A stretch of DNA of 62,817 bases, filler included, from Nitrospinota bacterium (GCA_022562795.1; 9 parts of 9 records of this genome joined end to end with filler, not necessarily neighbours in it), one strand, 5' to 3'. Positions 17,660 through 28,087 are shown, counted from the whole stretch's first letter. Translations and numbers: made by a program. Notes: generated by a model from the sequence alone, not told the origin.

Positions 17660-19095
17660 GGCGACCTCCCCTGCCTTCGGGCGAGGACGTCGGCCACGTC
17701 CACCTCATCGCAGTAGGTGGCGTCGGCATGGGGGGTCTGGCCGGGCTTTTCGCGCAGTCGGGCCGGCGGGTAACCGGCAGCGACGGGCCCCTATACCCGC
17801 CTATCAGCGATCTCCTCGGCGACCTTAAGATTCCCGTATCCGAGGGCTATCGTCCCGAGAACCTCTCGCCCCTGCCCGACCTCGTTGTGGTCGGCAACGT
17901 CGTTAGCCGCGAGAACCCAGAGGCCCTTTCAGCCGTGGAGATCGGGCTACCCTTGGCCTCCATGCCCGAGGCCCTCGCACACTATTTTATTGGCGAGAGC
18001 CACGCGGTGGTTGTGGCAGGCACCCACGGAAAAACCTTTACGACGAGCCTTCTGGCCTGGATGCTCCAGACTGCGGGCCTCGATCCAGGATTCCTCATCG
18101 GAGGAATCCCGAAAAACTTCGGCGTTAACTTCGCCGGAGGGGGCGGGGAGCTCTTCGTGGTCGAGGGTGACGAGTACGACACGGCATTCTTCGACAAGGG
18201 CCCGAAATTCCTCCACTACCGGCCCCGCACCCTCATTCTAACCTCAATTGAGTTCGACCACGCAGACATCTACCCCGACGTGGGGGCCATAGAGGAAAAT
18301 TTCCGCCGTCTTGTCGACCTCGTCCCAAGCTCCGGCCTGGTCGTGGCCTGCGCCGACGACCAACGTGTGGCCGCGCTGGTGGAGGCAGCCACGTGCCGTG
18401 TCGATACCTATGGCCTGGGGCGGTCGGCCCTCTGGCGGGCTGAGGAGGTCCGGGCGGCCGGGGAGGCCACAAGCTTTCGGGTCGTCTGCGGCGACGAGGC
18501 CTTCAGGCCCTACTGGTGGGGCGCCCTGGGACGCCACAACGTGCAGAACGCGCTCGCCGCCATCGCCGTGGCTCACGAGGTTGGGCTCAGCTACGACCAG
18601 GTGAGCGCGGCCCTCAACAGCTTCGAGGGGGTCCGCCGCCGCATGGAGCCTTTGGGCGAGCCGTCAGGAGTGCTCGTCGTGGAGGACTTCGCCCACCACC
18701 CCACGGCGGTCCGCTCCACCGTGGCGGCTCTCAGGGAGCGTTACCCCGCTCGCCGGCTCTGGGCGGTGTTCGAGCCACGAACCAACACCTCCCGCCGGCG
18801 GGTCTTTCAGGAAGCCTACGCCGGGAGCTTCGAGGGAGCTGACCGGGTGGTCGTGGCCGCCGTCCACCGGGCCGAGGCGGTCCCGGCAGAGGAGCGCTTC
18901 GACCCGGAGCGTCTGGCCCGCGATCTTTCGGCCCTGGGTATTTCGTCCCGCCACATCCCGGAGGTCGAGGATATCGTGGAGACCATCGCCGCCGAGGCAC
19001 AGGAAGAAGATGTGGTCCTCATCATGTCCAACGGCGCCTTCGGCGGCATTTACGGCAAGCTCCTGGCCGCGCTGGAGCGACGGGAGAGGAGATAA
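17656..19095 (+). CDS. mpl: murein peptide ligase
   Basis: GGVGMG, AGTHGKT, EGDEYDTAFFDK, EFDHADIY, DFAHHPT, MSNG. Confidence 0.93.
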   Translation: MRRPPLPSGEDVGHVHLIAVGGVGMGGLAGLFAQSGRRVTGSDGPLYPPISDLLGDLKIPVSEGYRPENLSPLPDLVVVGNVVSRENPEALSAVEIGLPLASMPEALAHYFIGESHAVVVAGTHGKTFTTSLLAWMLQTAGLDPGFLIGGIPKNFGVNFAGGGGELFVVEGDEYDTAFFDKGPKFLHYRPRTLILTSIEFDHADIYPDVGAIEENFRRLVDLVPSSGLVVACADDQRVAALVEAATCRVDTYGLGRSALWRAEEVRAAGEATSFRVVCGDEAFRPYWWGALGRHNVQNALAAIAVAHEVGLSYDQVSAALNSFEGVRRRMEPLGEPSGVLVVEDFAHHPTAVRSTVAALRERYPARRLWAVFEPRTNTSRRRVFQEAYAGSFEGADRVVVAAVHRAEAVPAEERFDPERLARDLSALGISSRHIPEVEDIVETIAAEAQEEDVVLIMSNGAFGGIYGKLLAALERRERR

Positions 19096-19191
19096 GCGAA
19101 GGGAGAGTGCGGAAAGAACAACGCCCCCGGCGGGAGTAGCCATGAACCTTCTCCCGCAGCCGGGGGCGATCGTAGCTAAGGCCTGCTAGGG

Positions 19192-19716
19192 CTACCTTCG
19201 TAGAGAGCCAGGGCGGCTTTTTAGGCCCCGCCCGTGCATCATGCCCCGTAGGCCATGGCGGAACTTCTGCCGGAAGACTACGTATTGAGCGTAGCGGCGG
19301 GTGCCGAGAATATTCCGTTCCTCAGCCAGACGTTCCCTCATGAGCTGGTGGCGGCGGACGTGAAAGCCCTCGAACTCACCCAGGATGGCCTTTAGCTCGT
19401 TCTCCGACGCCTCCCGCTCCAGGGCTGCCTTCAGCTTCGTGACCATGGTCTCATCCTTCTTGCGGAATGTGCTGGCCTGGTCCAGGAAGCGGTCAAAGGA
19501 CTCGGACATCTTATCAAGAGTCGCCTTGTCGAGCTTCAGCTCTTCGCCCAGCCGCTTGAGGAAGACCGAGCGAATCCGTTCCATTCGCTCCTGCTTTATC
19601 TTATTAAAAGTCCGCACATTTTTGCCCTTGTCCGAAGGGACCTGGGCGGCGCCCGGCGTCGGGAGAATGATGATGGCCAGTGCCGCGGCCAATCCCACCA
19701 ACCAGATTCTTCGCAT
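19192..19716 (-). CDS. periplasmic helical protein (Spy/CpxP-like)
   Basis: Signal peptide, charged helical body, third gene of an ECF/anti-sigma operon. Confidence 0.6.
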   Translation of the reverse strand: MRRIWLVGLAAALAIIILPTPGAAQVPSDKGKNVRTFNKIKQERMERIRSVFLKRLGEELKLDKATLDKMSESFDRFLDQASTFRKKDETMVTKLKAALEREASENELKAILGEFEGFHVRRHQLMRERLAEERNILGTRRYAQYVVFRQKFRHGLRGMMHGRGLKSRPGSLRR

Positions 19717-19778
19717 GACTCCCTACCTCCTTCTAAAGCGTCTCCAGACCCGTAACGTTTATGAATCCGTTGACCGTA

Positions 19779-20342
19779 TCATAGCGTCTTGAGAATTCGA
19801 TCCAGCTCTTCGGACGACATCTTTGCGATCTCCCGCATCGTCTCATGGTCAAGGGGCTCAGCCCCTAGCAGGTCCCCATCGCTCGAAATTGAGAGGGCCT
19901 CAGAGAGGGCCTCGATCTCATCGACAGTCAGGGTCGCCAGGGTGCTGGGATTTTGAGGTTCATAGAAATATGGGCCCACGGTTAGAGAGAAGCTCAGGGC
20001 GCAGACGGCCACCAAAAGCGCCCCCGTAGCCAGCGCCGGCTTGAGACGTAGCGGCGTCAAGGCCTGGGCGAGCCACGCCCCGGCCCTGCCCAGGAGGCCG
20101 GGGTCTGCCTTCCTAAGTCGGGCGGTCCTCAAGACGTGCTGGCGCATGGCGGCCCAGTCGGGCTCGACCCTCTCTCCAAGGGCTGCGGAGCTGAAAGCCG
20201 CCCGTGTGGCCTGGAGCAGGTCTGCCTCTGCTAGGCAATCTCCGCAGATCTCTACATGGTGTTCAAGGGTGGCGGCTTCGGCCGAGGCCAACTGCCCGGC
20301 GAGCCACTCTGGCAACCGTTCATGGGTTTCCTGGCAGCTCAT
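19779..20342 (-). CDS. zf-HC2 membrane anti-sigma factor
   Basis: MSC...HVEICGDC (HxxxCxxC) and one TM helix; ATG overlaps sigma stop. Confidence 0.85.
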   Translation of the reverse strand: MSCQETHERLPEWLAGQLASAEAATLEHHVEICGDCLAEADLLQATRAAFSSAALGERVEPDWAAMRQHVLRTARLRKADPGLLGRAGAWLAQALTPLRLKPALATGALLVAVCALSFSLTVGPYFYEPQNPSTLATLTVDEIEALSEALSISSDGDLLGAEPLDHETMREIAKMSSEELDRILKTL

Positions 20343-20887
20343 AGAATTTGACCCTCCTCGGCAAGCACCATGGATCGCAGGTTCTTGACCGCGTGGTGGT
20401 AATTGCTCTTCGCCGTGCCTTCGGAGCACTGCATGACTTCGGCAATCTCATTGAAAGAAAGATCCTCCACCACCCGCAGCAGGAGTGTTTCACGCTGGCG
20501 GGTGTGCAGCCGGTCGATCACCCCCCGGAGGGCATCGAATTCCTCAGCTGACGTGTTGGCAGCCTCCTCGGCTTGCTTAAGGCTCCGTACCTCCGCATAG
20601 CTCTCAAGCTTTTGCCGGGCCCGATCGGCGTCGCGGAGATGGTTCTTGCAGAGGTTAAGCGCTATCCGGTAGAGCCAAGTATGGAGACTCGCCTGGCCGC
20701 GAAAGCGGCCAATGGCCTGGTGGGCCCGAAGAAACGTCTGCTGGGTAATATCGCGGGCGCTCTCCGGATCGGGCATCCACCGCAGGGCCAGGTAATATAT
20801 TCGTTGCTGGTAGAGCTCCATGAAGTCGGCGAAGGCCGCCTCATCGCCGGCCTTGAGCCGCTCCAGGAGGTGAGCTTCGGAATCCAC
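20339..20887 (-). CDS. ECF RNA polymerase sigma-70 factor
   Basis: GDEAAF, DITQQTF, TWLYRIALN, region 4 EIAEVM-GTAKS. Confidence 0.92.
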   Translation of the reverse strand: MDSEAHLLERLKAGDEAAFADFMELYQQRIYYLALRWMPDPESARDITQQTFLRAHQAIGRFRGQASLHTWLYRIALNLCKNHLRDADRARQKLESYAEVRSLKQAEEAANTSAEEFDALRGVIDRLHTRQRETLLLRVVEDLSFNEIAEVMQCSEGTAKSNYHHAVKNLRSMVLAEEGQIL

Positions 20888-20970
20888 GGTTCCCTCCCAC
20901 GGCTTAAGTATTAGACAGCCAGAAGGACAAAGAGGTTGAATCCCGTTTCAGTTTTTGCGCTTACGGCTCA

Positions 20971-22284
20971 TTACCGGTTCAGCAAAATCCGCAGGTAAGA
21001 TAGCTCGCGTGGGATCTCTTGGTCTTCGCAATAGTTGTTGGCCGCCAGGACCTGAAGGTCTTTCATCACCCGCTCGTCGCCCTCGAAGACGACCGTCTCC
21101 GACCCCTTCTCAGCAAGAAGCCAGCCAGCCTCCAGCAGCGCCATGACACTCTTGGCGCTGTACCGCTCCGACCCCACCAGGAGATATACGTCTGTGCCGA
21201 ACTCGTTGACAATTAAGGAGATATAGGTGGCCGGGCGGGCGTGGAAACCCAGAGGCTTTGGCAGGGGCAATTCCACCCGCTCCAGGCGGGCGTAGCTTGT
21301 CAGCAACGCCTCGGCGCACCGGTTGGCTTTCTCAAGGTAGGTGACGGCGGCTTGGTAGAGGTGGTTGATGGCGTGGTTGAGGAGCTCGCTCTTGTCTACG
21401 AAATCGTCCATCCGCTTCTTTACTTGGCTGCTACGAATAGGGTCGAGGTGGCGTTCGTAGAAGTGGACGACCCAGCGAAGAGCCTCCAGCAAGTGGAGGC
21501 TTGTGGCGCACGTGCCCCGCAGGCGGGGAAGAGAGGCGTGCTCGGCCTCCAGAGCGGTGCGGCTCACGTAGGTGTCGTAGTCAGATTGGATGCCTTGAAG
21601 GAGGTTCTTGATTTTCTGGATTTTTTTAACGTCGAGCTTGGTTGGCACAACCTGGATAAGCTCATCGGCCGCGAGGCCGGGCAGGAGCCCGAAATCGCGG
21701 GTCAAGCTGTAGACCTTGCGCACCTTGCGCGCGAGCCCCAGCATCCGGGCATCCCCCTCCTCCACCTCGACTTGCTCGCCGGTTCGAGGCAGCTTGCCCT
21801 CTAGCCGAGCATCGGTGGAATCCGGGGCCAGCGGATCCACCGCAGGCAGAGTCAGACCCAGCTCCTCAGCCTCCCTGCACGCTTCCTGTGCCAGTCGTCG
21901 CAGCGACTCGTTGAGGAACGCCATCGTTATGCCGAGCTCCTTGAGGAACCTGCGATCATCAGCTTCTAGCTCCTCAATATACCGGCGTTCAAAGCGGTCC
22001 AGGATATGTCGGACGTGGAAGGAAGCGATGCCGAGGTTGCGGATCGAGGCTACAAGCTCGGTGTGATATTCCCAGGTGGCGTTTTCTCGGGCGCCGTGGT
22101 CGTCGAGGTAGGTTTCGTAGGCGCGCGCCTCGTTGAGCAGGGTGGAGTACTGGTGTTTGGTGTAGGATGGCGGAGCAGACAGTAGGCCCTGGAGGGCCGC
22201 GAGGAAAGGCCGCGAGGCACCCTCAGCTTGGCTTAGGAACTCGTCGAGGCGGATCCCGACTCCGTCGGCTACAGGTTCGTCCAT
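20971..22284 (-). CDS. large helical protein with C-terminal HPr-like domain
   Basis: C-terminal GFHARPA (His15-like) and SAKSVMALL (Ser46-like); ~340-aa unrecognised N-terminal part. Confidence 0.8.
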   Translation of the reverse strand: MDEPVADGVGIRLDEFLSQAEGASRPFLAALQGLLSAPPSYTKHQYSTLLNEARAYETYLDDHGARENATWEYHTELVASIRNLGIASFHVRHILDRFERRYIEELEADDRRFLKELGITMAFLNESLRRLAQEACREAEELGLTLPAVDPLAPDSTDARLEGKLPRTGEQVEVEEGDARMLGLARKVRKVYSLTRDFGLLPGLAADELIQVVPTKLDVKKIQKIKNLLQGIQSDYDTYVSRTALEAEHASLPRLRGTCATSLHLLEALRWVVHFYERHLDPIRSSQVKKRMDDFVDKSELLNHAINHLYQAAVTYLEKANRCAEALLTSYARLERVELPLPKPLGFHARPATYISLIVNEFGTDVYLLVGSERYSAKSVMALLEAGWLLAEKGSETVVFEGDERVMKDLQVLAANNYCEDQEIPRELSYLRILLNR

Positions 22285-22663
22285 GAGCTGCACCCCCGTC
22301 GGGGACAGGCACGCGCGCACCTTCTGCTTTATTTATAGCCATTTACGGGGAATGTGTCAAGAAGGTAGAAGTGGGCATCGTAAGGGCGGGGCTGGCCGAT
22401 ATAGGGTATTCTAAGACGACACATCTTGAAGCACCTCGGAATAGAAGTCTGAGATTGCGGGTGGGCAGGCTCAAAAGCCGAGATCGACGCAAGGAGACTT
22501 GCCAGGCTTCATTCTACAGCGTTGACTCGAAAGTCTACGATATGCTAGCTTGTTGTTCGAATTGTTCCATTCGTACCTGGATTGGGATTTTAGCCAAAAA
22601 GTGAGCTTCTAAGGCGATTGCGCCCAGCCAGGATTGACCGAGGAACGCGGATATTTATAAGAC

Positions 22664-22738
<75 letters not shown>

Positions 22739-22748
22739 GATTAATCAA

Positions 22749-23894
22749 TTACTTACCGTCCTGTACTTCTTCTAAGGCCCGCTCAAAACCCTCGATTGTG
22801 CCCAATTTTGTGCCCACAGAGGCGTGAAAAGCGTCCAAAGAGCGGGCCGCTTGCTCTAGGTCGGACTCACTCGTGATGTTGTAGCGGTCAAAGATGCTTC
22901 GGCTTTGGTGGCCTGAGATCGCCATAGCAACCCGCTCTGGTACCCCTGAACGGACAAGGTTTCGTATTGCGCTTCGGCGTAGGTCGTGGAACAACAGACC
23001 ACTATATACCACCTTGCCCTCTCGTTTCTCTTTCTTGCCTAATCCGACCTCAACACAGGCGGTCTGCCACGCCTTCTTAAAGCCCTTGATAGGCTGACCA
23101 TCTCGGACAAAGACCTGTTCGACATCGGGCCAATGCCAGTCCCGTTGAGCTTTAATTTCGGCTAGTGCCCTGTAGAGTTCTTCAGCAAGGGGTATCGTCC
23201 TGGCCGTTCGGGTTTTCGTGTCCGACGCTTCGAGACGCACTAGCCGTCCTTGCAAGTCCACCTGTGACCACCTAAGGCCGAGAATCTCACCAAGGCGCAT
23301 CCCTGTAAAGTATCCCATGGTTAAAATTGGCTTCACGTGCGACGGCAAGGCCGCCTTAAGGGCTAGGTATTCTTCACGCTCTATAAAGCCCTCTCTCGCA
23401 TTGTTCTCACGAAGCAAGCGGATGTGGGGGGCCGAAAGTGCCTTCGGCGGGGTAGATGTTTTAGCAAGGCTGTAGGCCCGCTTTAGCAAGGATAGCTCAC
23501 GGTTGATGCTTGCGTCAGAGGGTGGCCCCCCTCGGCGGGTTGTCATGCCCCTTCGCTTCGTTATGTAGGTGTTGACGTGCGCCGTGGTGATTTGCGAGCC
23601 TCTCAGGCCCCCGAAGAAGGCCTTGAGCTTGCTTGCAGAGAGCCTAACCCTCTCTACTGATTTGCCATTCGCCTCATAGTCCGAAATAACATCGTCGAGC
23701 AATTCGGCAACCGAAATGCGCTCAACCCTTAGTGATAGCGGCATACCCGTAGCGACCCGCCCCTCTCGTTCTTTCAGTAATTTCACGGCCTCACCCTTCT
23801 TAGTGCTGCCGCTGCTTTCTCGGTGAGGCCTGCCATGAACATGAAATTTTATCCACCAATACGGTGAGCCTTTTCGTCTGTAAACGCTACCCAA
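22749..23894 (-). CDS. tyrosine recombinase/phage-type integrase
   Basis: TGMRLGE, KT, FHDLRRS, SGH, RY catalytic residues; arm-binding-like N-terminus. Confidence 0.95.
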   Translation of the reverse strand: MGSVYRRKGSPYWWIKFHVHGRPHRESSGSTKKGEAVKLLKEREGRVATGMPLSLRVERISVAELLDDVISDYEANGKSVERVRLSASKLKAFFGGLRGSQITTAHVNTYITKRRGMTTRRGGPPSDASINRELSLLKRAYSLAKTSTPPKALSAPHIRLLRENNAREGFIEREEYLALKAALPSHVKPILTMGYFTGMRLGEILGLRWSQVDLQGRLVRLEASDTKTRTARTIPLAEELYRALAEIKAQRDWHWPDVEQVFVRDGQPIKGFKKAWQTACVEVGLGKKEKREGKVVYSGLLFHDLRRSAIRNLVRSGVPERVAMAISGHQSRSIFDRYNITSESDLEQAARSLDAFHASVGTKLGTIEGFERALEEVQDGK

Positions 23895-23896
23895 AA

Positions 23897-24070
23897 CTAC
23901 TCACCCCCTTTCTCAGGCTTGATGCCTTTTTCTAAGAAATACAGGATAGCCATTCTGATGAGTTCGCTTCTGCTTGCGCCATGCCGCTTGCTCAACCTGT
24001 CAAGACGCTTCAGCATGGCCTCATCCATCCATAGGTGAACGAGCTTTTTTGAAGACTTTCTTGCTACCAT
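23897..24070 (-). CDS. ribbon-helix-helix (CopG-like) protein, 57 aa; not in ORF track
   Basis: MVARKSSKKLVHLWMDEAMLKRLDRLSKRHGASRSELIRMAILYFLEKGIKPEKGGE; G-rich RBS; stop 2 nt before integrase start. Confidence 0.85.
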   Translation of the reverse strand: MVARKSSKKLVHLWMDEAMLKRLDRLSKRHGASRSELIRMAILYFLEKGIKPEKGGE

Positions 24071-24084
24071 AGACACCCCCCTTG

Positions 24085-24132
24085 CATAATAGTTGTATAT
24101 CTAAATATACATCCATTATGTATCATTTGCAA
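24085..24132 (-). promoter_or_regulatory. sigma70-type promoter with overlapping palindromic operator for the RHH-integrase operon
   Basis: Minus strand TTGCAA-17 bp-TATATT; inverted repeat CATAAT-N3-TGTATAT-N4-ATATACA-N3-ATTATG at 24085..24120. Confidence 0.75.
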
Positions 24133-24150
24133 GTGATTTATGGGGGTGCG

Positions 24151-24351
24151 TCATGGGCTTTCTCTAAATTTGTGGCGCTCTATGAAGTCGTCTAGGTCTT
24201 CTCGGTCAAAGTAAATTTTGCGGTTGAATTGAACATAGGGCAGGGTGCCTTTCCATTGAAGCGCTCTCAGCGTCCACGGGGATATGCCCAGAAATTGTGC
24301 TGCCGTCTTTACGTCGAGTAGTCTAGGGTGGTCAACGGATTGTCTATCCAT
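24151..24351 (-). CDS. excisionase-like helix-turn-helix protein (HTH_17/MerR-like)
   Basis: LLDVKTAAQFLGIS...LPYVQFNRKIYFDREDLDDFIE. Confidence 0.85.
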   Translation of the reverse strand: MDRQSVDHPRLLDVKTAAQFLGISPWTLRALQWKGTLPYVQFNRKIYFDREDLDDFIERHKFRESP

Positions 24352-24914
24352 GTCGCTCTAATAGGCCCCGTATTTTTGGGCCTTACTCTGGGTCTGTGCC
24401 CGTAGTGTGCCCACAATCAGGGCCGTTCGGTCTGCTCTTGCTCAAAGTGGGGACTTTAGTTCCAGAATTTACTTATTAGGGGTGAGAATTTTAGTTCTAA
24501 AGCCCCCTCGTACCCATAACCATATTAACTTCAATAAGTTTGNNNNNNNNNNNNNNNNNNNNNNNNNNNNNNNNNNNNNNNNNNNNTTAATTAATTAANN
24601 NNNNNNNNNNNNNNNNNNNNNNNNNNNNNNNNNNNNNNNNNNCTTTCCCGATAGACTGGGCTTTTCGACTACAGAATTTTGCAAGGTTCGTGCCGTACTT
24701 GATCGGAGCCTTCCTCTCTCAGCGCACTGCCATGGTAATAACCCATAATATATTGATAATATTGAAGAATTGGCCATATGCCGGGCGGCGTAGCGCCCCT
24801 CAACACAGAAATGATCCAATTTGGGTTGGAGGTGGGTTTCTACCTTATCGTTATAAGTTTGAGGATTTAATCAAAGGCCTCTACTTGCGAACTCCTAGCT
24901 CTTCAGGCGTTGAG

Positions 24915-25316
24915 CTAACGGACGAGGCTAGAGCTCGCCGTGCCACTGGAAGCTACCTCCATGCCGTCGAGGAACGCCAAGTCGCTTACCGCTTCGTCGT
25001 AATGGACCTGGACCGAACTATTGAGCGTGACCTCCTCTGCCATTATTGACCCATAAAATTCGACGCCGCTGTTATTGACAACATGCGCGTTGGGCGCGTA
25101 GATGACGCCGTAGAAATTGACGCTGCTGTTAAGTTGCACATCACCGGTAGAGGAGATCATAACAACGAGGTCTGCCGGGTTTTGGCCCGTATTCATGATG
25201 CCCGAACTATTAACAGCGAACGTCCCGGTAACGTACATGACGGTCGGTCCCTCCACCCTTAGCGTTGCGCCACTATTAAGTGCAACCGAGGTGAAGTAGT
25301 ATTCGCCTCCAGGCAA
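24915..25316 (-). pseudogene. C-terminal fragment of a beta-rich Tad/PilX-associated (DUF7305-like) protein
   Basis: PGGEYYF, FYGVIYAPNA, FYGSIMAEEV, VHYDE motifs; no credible RBS, start or signal peptide. Confidence 0.5.
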
Positions 25317-25560
25317 TGTGAGGCTGTCGCTATCTGTATCGGAACTTTTGGCCGGGAGTTTAGGAATAATTATGGTAGGAATGAAAAAAATATGGGGTGG
25401 CTCCCTTTTTCACCTTTAATCTCCCTAGCTGGAATGAAGGACAGGCCCTAAGCGCCTTGACTTCATCCACCGTCCGCTGATAGCTTTCACTCGGAAGGCT
25501 ATACGAAGGGTATAGTAGAAATGGCATTGGGCTTTCCAATTAGGCGCATTGATTGAAGCC

Positions 25561-26244
25561 ATGTGTGGACGCTACACGCTCGCCACACCTACCGAGGCCC
25601 TGGCAGAGCTGTTCCAGCTTCAAACGGCCCTCCCCTCTTTGAGACCCCGGTACAACATTGCTCCCACGCAGCCCGTGGCGGTCGTCCGCCGATCCACGGA
25701 GGACGAGCGCGAAATGGTAATTATGCACTGGGGGCTCATCCCCTCATGGGCCAAAGAGCCGGACATAGGCAATCGGCTTATAAACGCACGTTCCGAAACA
25801 GTTTCTGAAAAACCCTCTTTCCGCTCAGCCTTCAAGCGTCGCCGCTGCCTCGTACCAACCGATGGTTTCTACGAATGGCAGCGTCTCAATAAACGAAAGC
25901 AGCCGCATTACATCCGCATGGGCGACGGAGAGCCGTTCGCCTTTGCCGGTTTGTGGGAACGATGGGATGGGCAGGACGAAACGGTGATTGAGTCTTGCAC
26001 GATCCTGACGACTGAGGCCAACGCTTTTGTGCGACCAATTCATAATCGCATGCCCGTGATTGTTGAACCGGGAGATTACGATTTATGGCTTGAGACTGAG
26101 CCCGACAGGACTGGTGCGCTGACCCGGCTGATGCGTCCATATTCGGGAGACAGGCTGACCGCTTTTTCGATCAGCACATGGGTGAACAACCCAAAGAATG
26201 ATGACGCCAGGTGCGTAGAACCCATAGAACAACCTAAAGATTAG
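25561..26244 (+). CDS. SOS response-associated peptidase (SRAP/YedK, abasic-site protection)
   Basis: N-terminal MCGRY, RYNIAPTQ, WGLIP, INARSET, GFYEW, IHNRMPVI. Confidence 0.93.
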   Translation: MCGRYTLATPTEALAELFQLQTALPSLRPRYNIAPTQPVAVVRRSTEDEREMVIMHWGLIPSWAKEPDIGNRLINARSETVSEKPSFRSAFKRRRCLVPTDGFYEWQRLNKRKQPHYIRMGDGEPFAFAGLWERWDGQDETVIESCTILTTEANAFVRPIHNRMPVIVEPGDYDLWLETEPDRTGALTRLMRPYSGDRLTAFSISTWVNNPKNDDARCVEPIEQPKD

Positions 26245-26370
26245 CAACGGCCTCTCCCTGAACCCCGCCTCCTAGACTCAGGCTTGCGCCCCATTCAGAC
26301 CCATGAGATAATACGCCTTCCAATTTCACCGTGAGCCGTTCCACCCGAACGGAAGAGCGGGAGTTGACTC

Positions 26371-27975
26371 ATGGCAGGGGTTGATATCAATCGGAAATTC
26401 GGTCTGGACTACCACGGGATAGAAACCGTAAACCAGGCCTACTGGAACCTCCCGCCCGAGGGCCTATACGAGGAGGCCCTCAAGCGCAACGAAGGAAGGC
26501 TCGCCCAAAACGGCCCTCTCGTGGTCAGCACGGGCCAACACACGGGCCGCTCGCCTAACGATAAGTTCATCGTAAAGGAGCCGTCCAGCGAGGAGAAGAT
26601 TTNNNNNNNNNNCCGGCCCATTGAGGAGGCCCAATTCGACGGCCTGCACCAGCGGATGCTGGCCTACCTTCAGGACAAGGACGTTTTCATCCTGGACTGC
26701 TACGCCGGGGCCGACCCCGCCTACAGGCTGCCCGCCCGCATCATCACCGAGCGGGCATGGCACAACCTGTTTGCCCGCAACATGTTCATTGGGATCGACA
26801 ACCCAGAGGAGCTTGCCGCTCACAAGCCCGAGTACACCATCATCGACTGCCCTCGCTTCCAGGCTATCCCAGACGTTGACGGCACCAACTCCGAGACCTT
26901 CATCATCGTCAACTTCGGGGCAAAGCTCGTCCTCATCGGGGGGACCGACTACGGCGGGGAGATTAAGAAATCCGTCTTCACCTACCTAAACTACATACTG
27001 CCCCAGTCGGGGGTCTTTCCCATGCATTGCTCGGCCAACGTGGGCCGCGAGAGAGGGGATGTGGCCATCTTCTTCGGCCTCTCCGGCACGGGCAAGACGA
27101 GTCTCTCGTCAGACCCCCGCAGAAACCTCATCGGCGACGACGAGCACGGATGGTCCGACAGCGGAGTCTTCAACTTCGAGGGCGGCTGTTACGCCAAGGT
27201 CATCCGCCTCTCTCCGGACGACGAGCCGGAGATCTACTCGTGCACGGAGCGCTTCGGGACGATTCTCGAGAACGTCGTCATGAATCCCGCGACCCGCCGC
27301 ACCGACCTCGACGACGACTCCCTGACGGAGAACACCCGGGCTTCATACCCCATCACACAGATAGATCGGGCCATCATACCCGGTATCGGGGGTCATCCCC
27401 AAAACGTCGTCATGCTCACCTGCGACGCCTTCGGGGTCCTGCCGCCTATCGCCAAGCTCACCCACGAGCAGACCATGTACTATTTCCTTTTGGGCTATAC
27501 GGCCAAGGTGGCCGGCACGGAGAGGGGTATGGGTGATGAGCCGCAGGCAACCTTCTCCACCTGCTTCGGGGCCCCCTTCATGGCGCTCCATCCCTCCGTG
27601 TACGCCAACATGCTCGGCGAGAAGATCTCCACCCACGAAGCGACCTGCTGGCTCGTCAACACGGGTTGGACAGGGGGACCTTACGGGGTGGGGAGCCGAA
27701 TTCACATCGGCCACACCCGGGCCATGGTGGATGAGGCCCTGAGCGGAGGGCTGGCCAGCGCCCCGACCACGGAGGAGCCGATCTTCGGCCTCCACGTCCC
27801 GACAAGCGTAAACGGGGTTCCCCCGGAGCTCCTTTCTCCACGGGCCTCGTGGTCCAACCCCAAGGGCTACGACGAAAAGGCCCGGGAGCTAGCGGGCAGC
27901 ATTCGAGAGAACTTCTCCCAGTACGAAGGCGATGTTTCCGAAGGGGTTCTCGCCGCCGGTCCCAAAGTCAGCTAG
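26371..27975 (+). CDS. pckA: phosphoenolpyruvate carboxykinase (ATP); internal 10-N gap
   Basis: HTGRSPNDK, GEIKKS, HCSAN, FGLSGTGKT, LIGDDEHGW, NFEGGCYAK. Confidence 0.96.
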   Translation: MAGVDINRKFGLDYHGIETVNQAYWNLPPEGLYEEALKRNEGRLAQNGPLVVSTGQHTGRSPNDKFIVKEPSSEEKIXXXXRPIEEAQFDGLHQRMLAYLQDKDVFILDCYAGADPAYRLPARIITERAWHNLFARNMFIGIDNPEELAAHKPEYTIIDCPRFQAIPDVDGTNSETFIIVNFGAKLVLIGGTDYGGEIKKSVFTYLNYILPQSGVFPMHCSANVGRERGDVAIFFGLSGTGKTSLSSDPRRNLIGDDEHGWSDSGVFNFEGGCYAKVIRLSPDDEPEIYSCTERFGTILENVVMNPATRRTDLDDDSLTENTRASYPITQIDRAIIPGIGGHPQNVVMLTCDAFGVLPPIAKLTHEQTMYYFLLGYTAKVAGTERGMGDEPQATFSTCFGAPFMALHPSVYANMLGEKISTHEATCWLVNTGWTGGPYGVGSRIHIGHTRAMVDEALSGGLASAPTTEEPIFGLHVPTSVNGVPPELLSPRASWSNPKGYDEKARELAGSIRENFSQYEGDVSEGVLAAGPKVS

Positions 27976-28087
27976 CCCCGGGCAGAGTTGCTCGCCACAG
28001 GCCTCATTTCCAGCAGGTATTTTCCCAAACGAAAAATACAGGATAGTGGAGCTTGCCACCCGGCTTTTGCCTACTACCGATCGGTCC

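Larger units (their letters stand above)
22739..24542. mobile_element. tRNA-Thr-integrated element (integrase, RHH regulator, excisionase); right end not resolved
   Basis: Integrase stop 10 nt from tRNA 3' end; lower GC; repeated TGTGCCC-N4/5-TGTGCCCACA sites. Confidence 0.85.
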
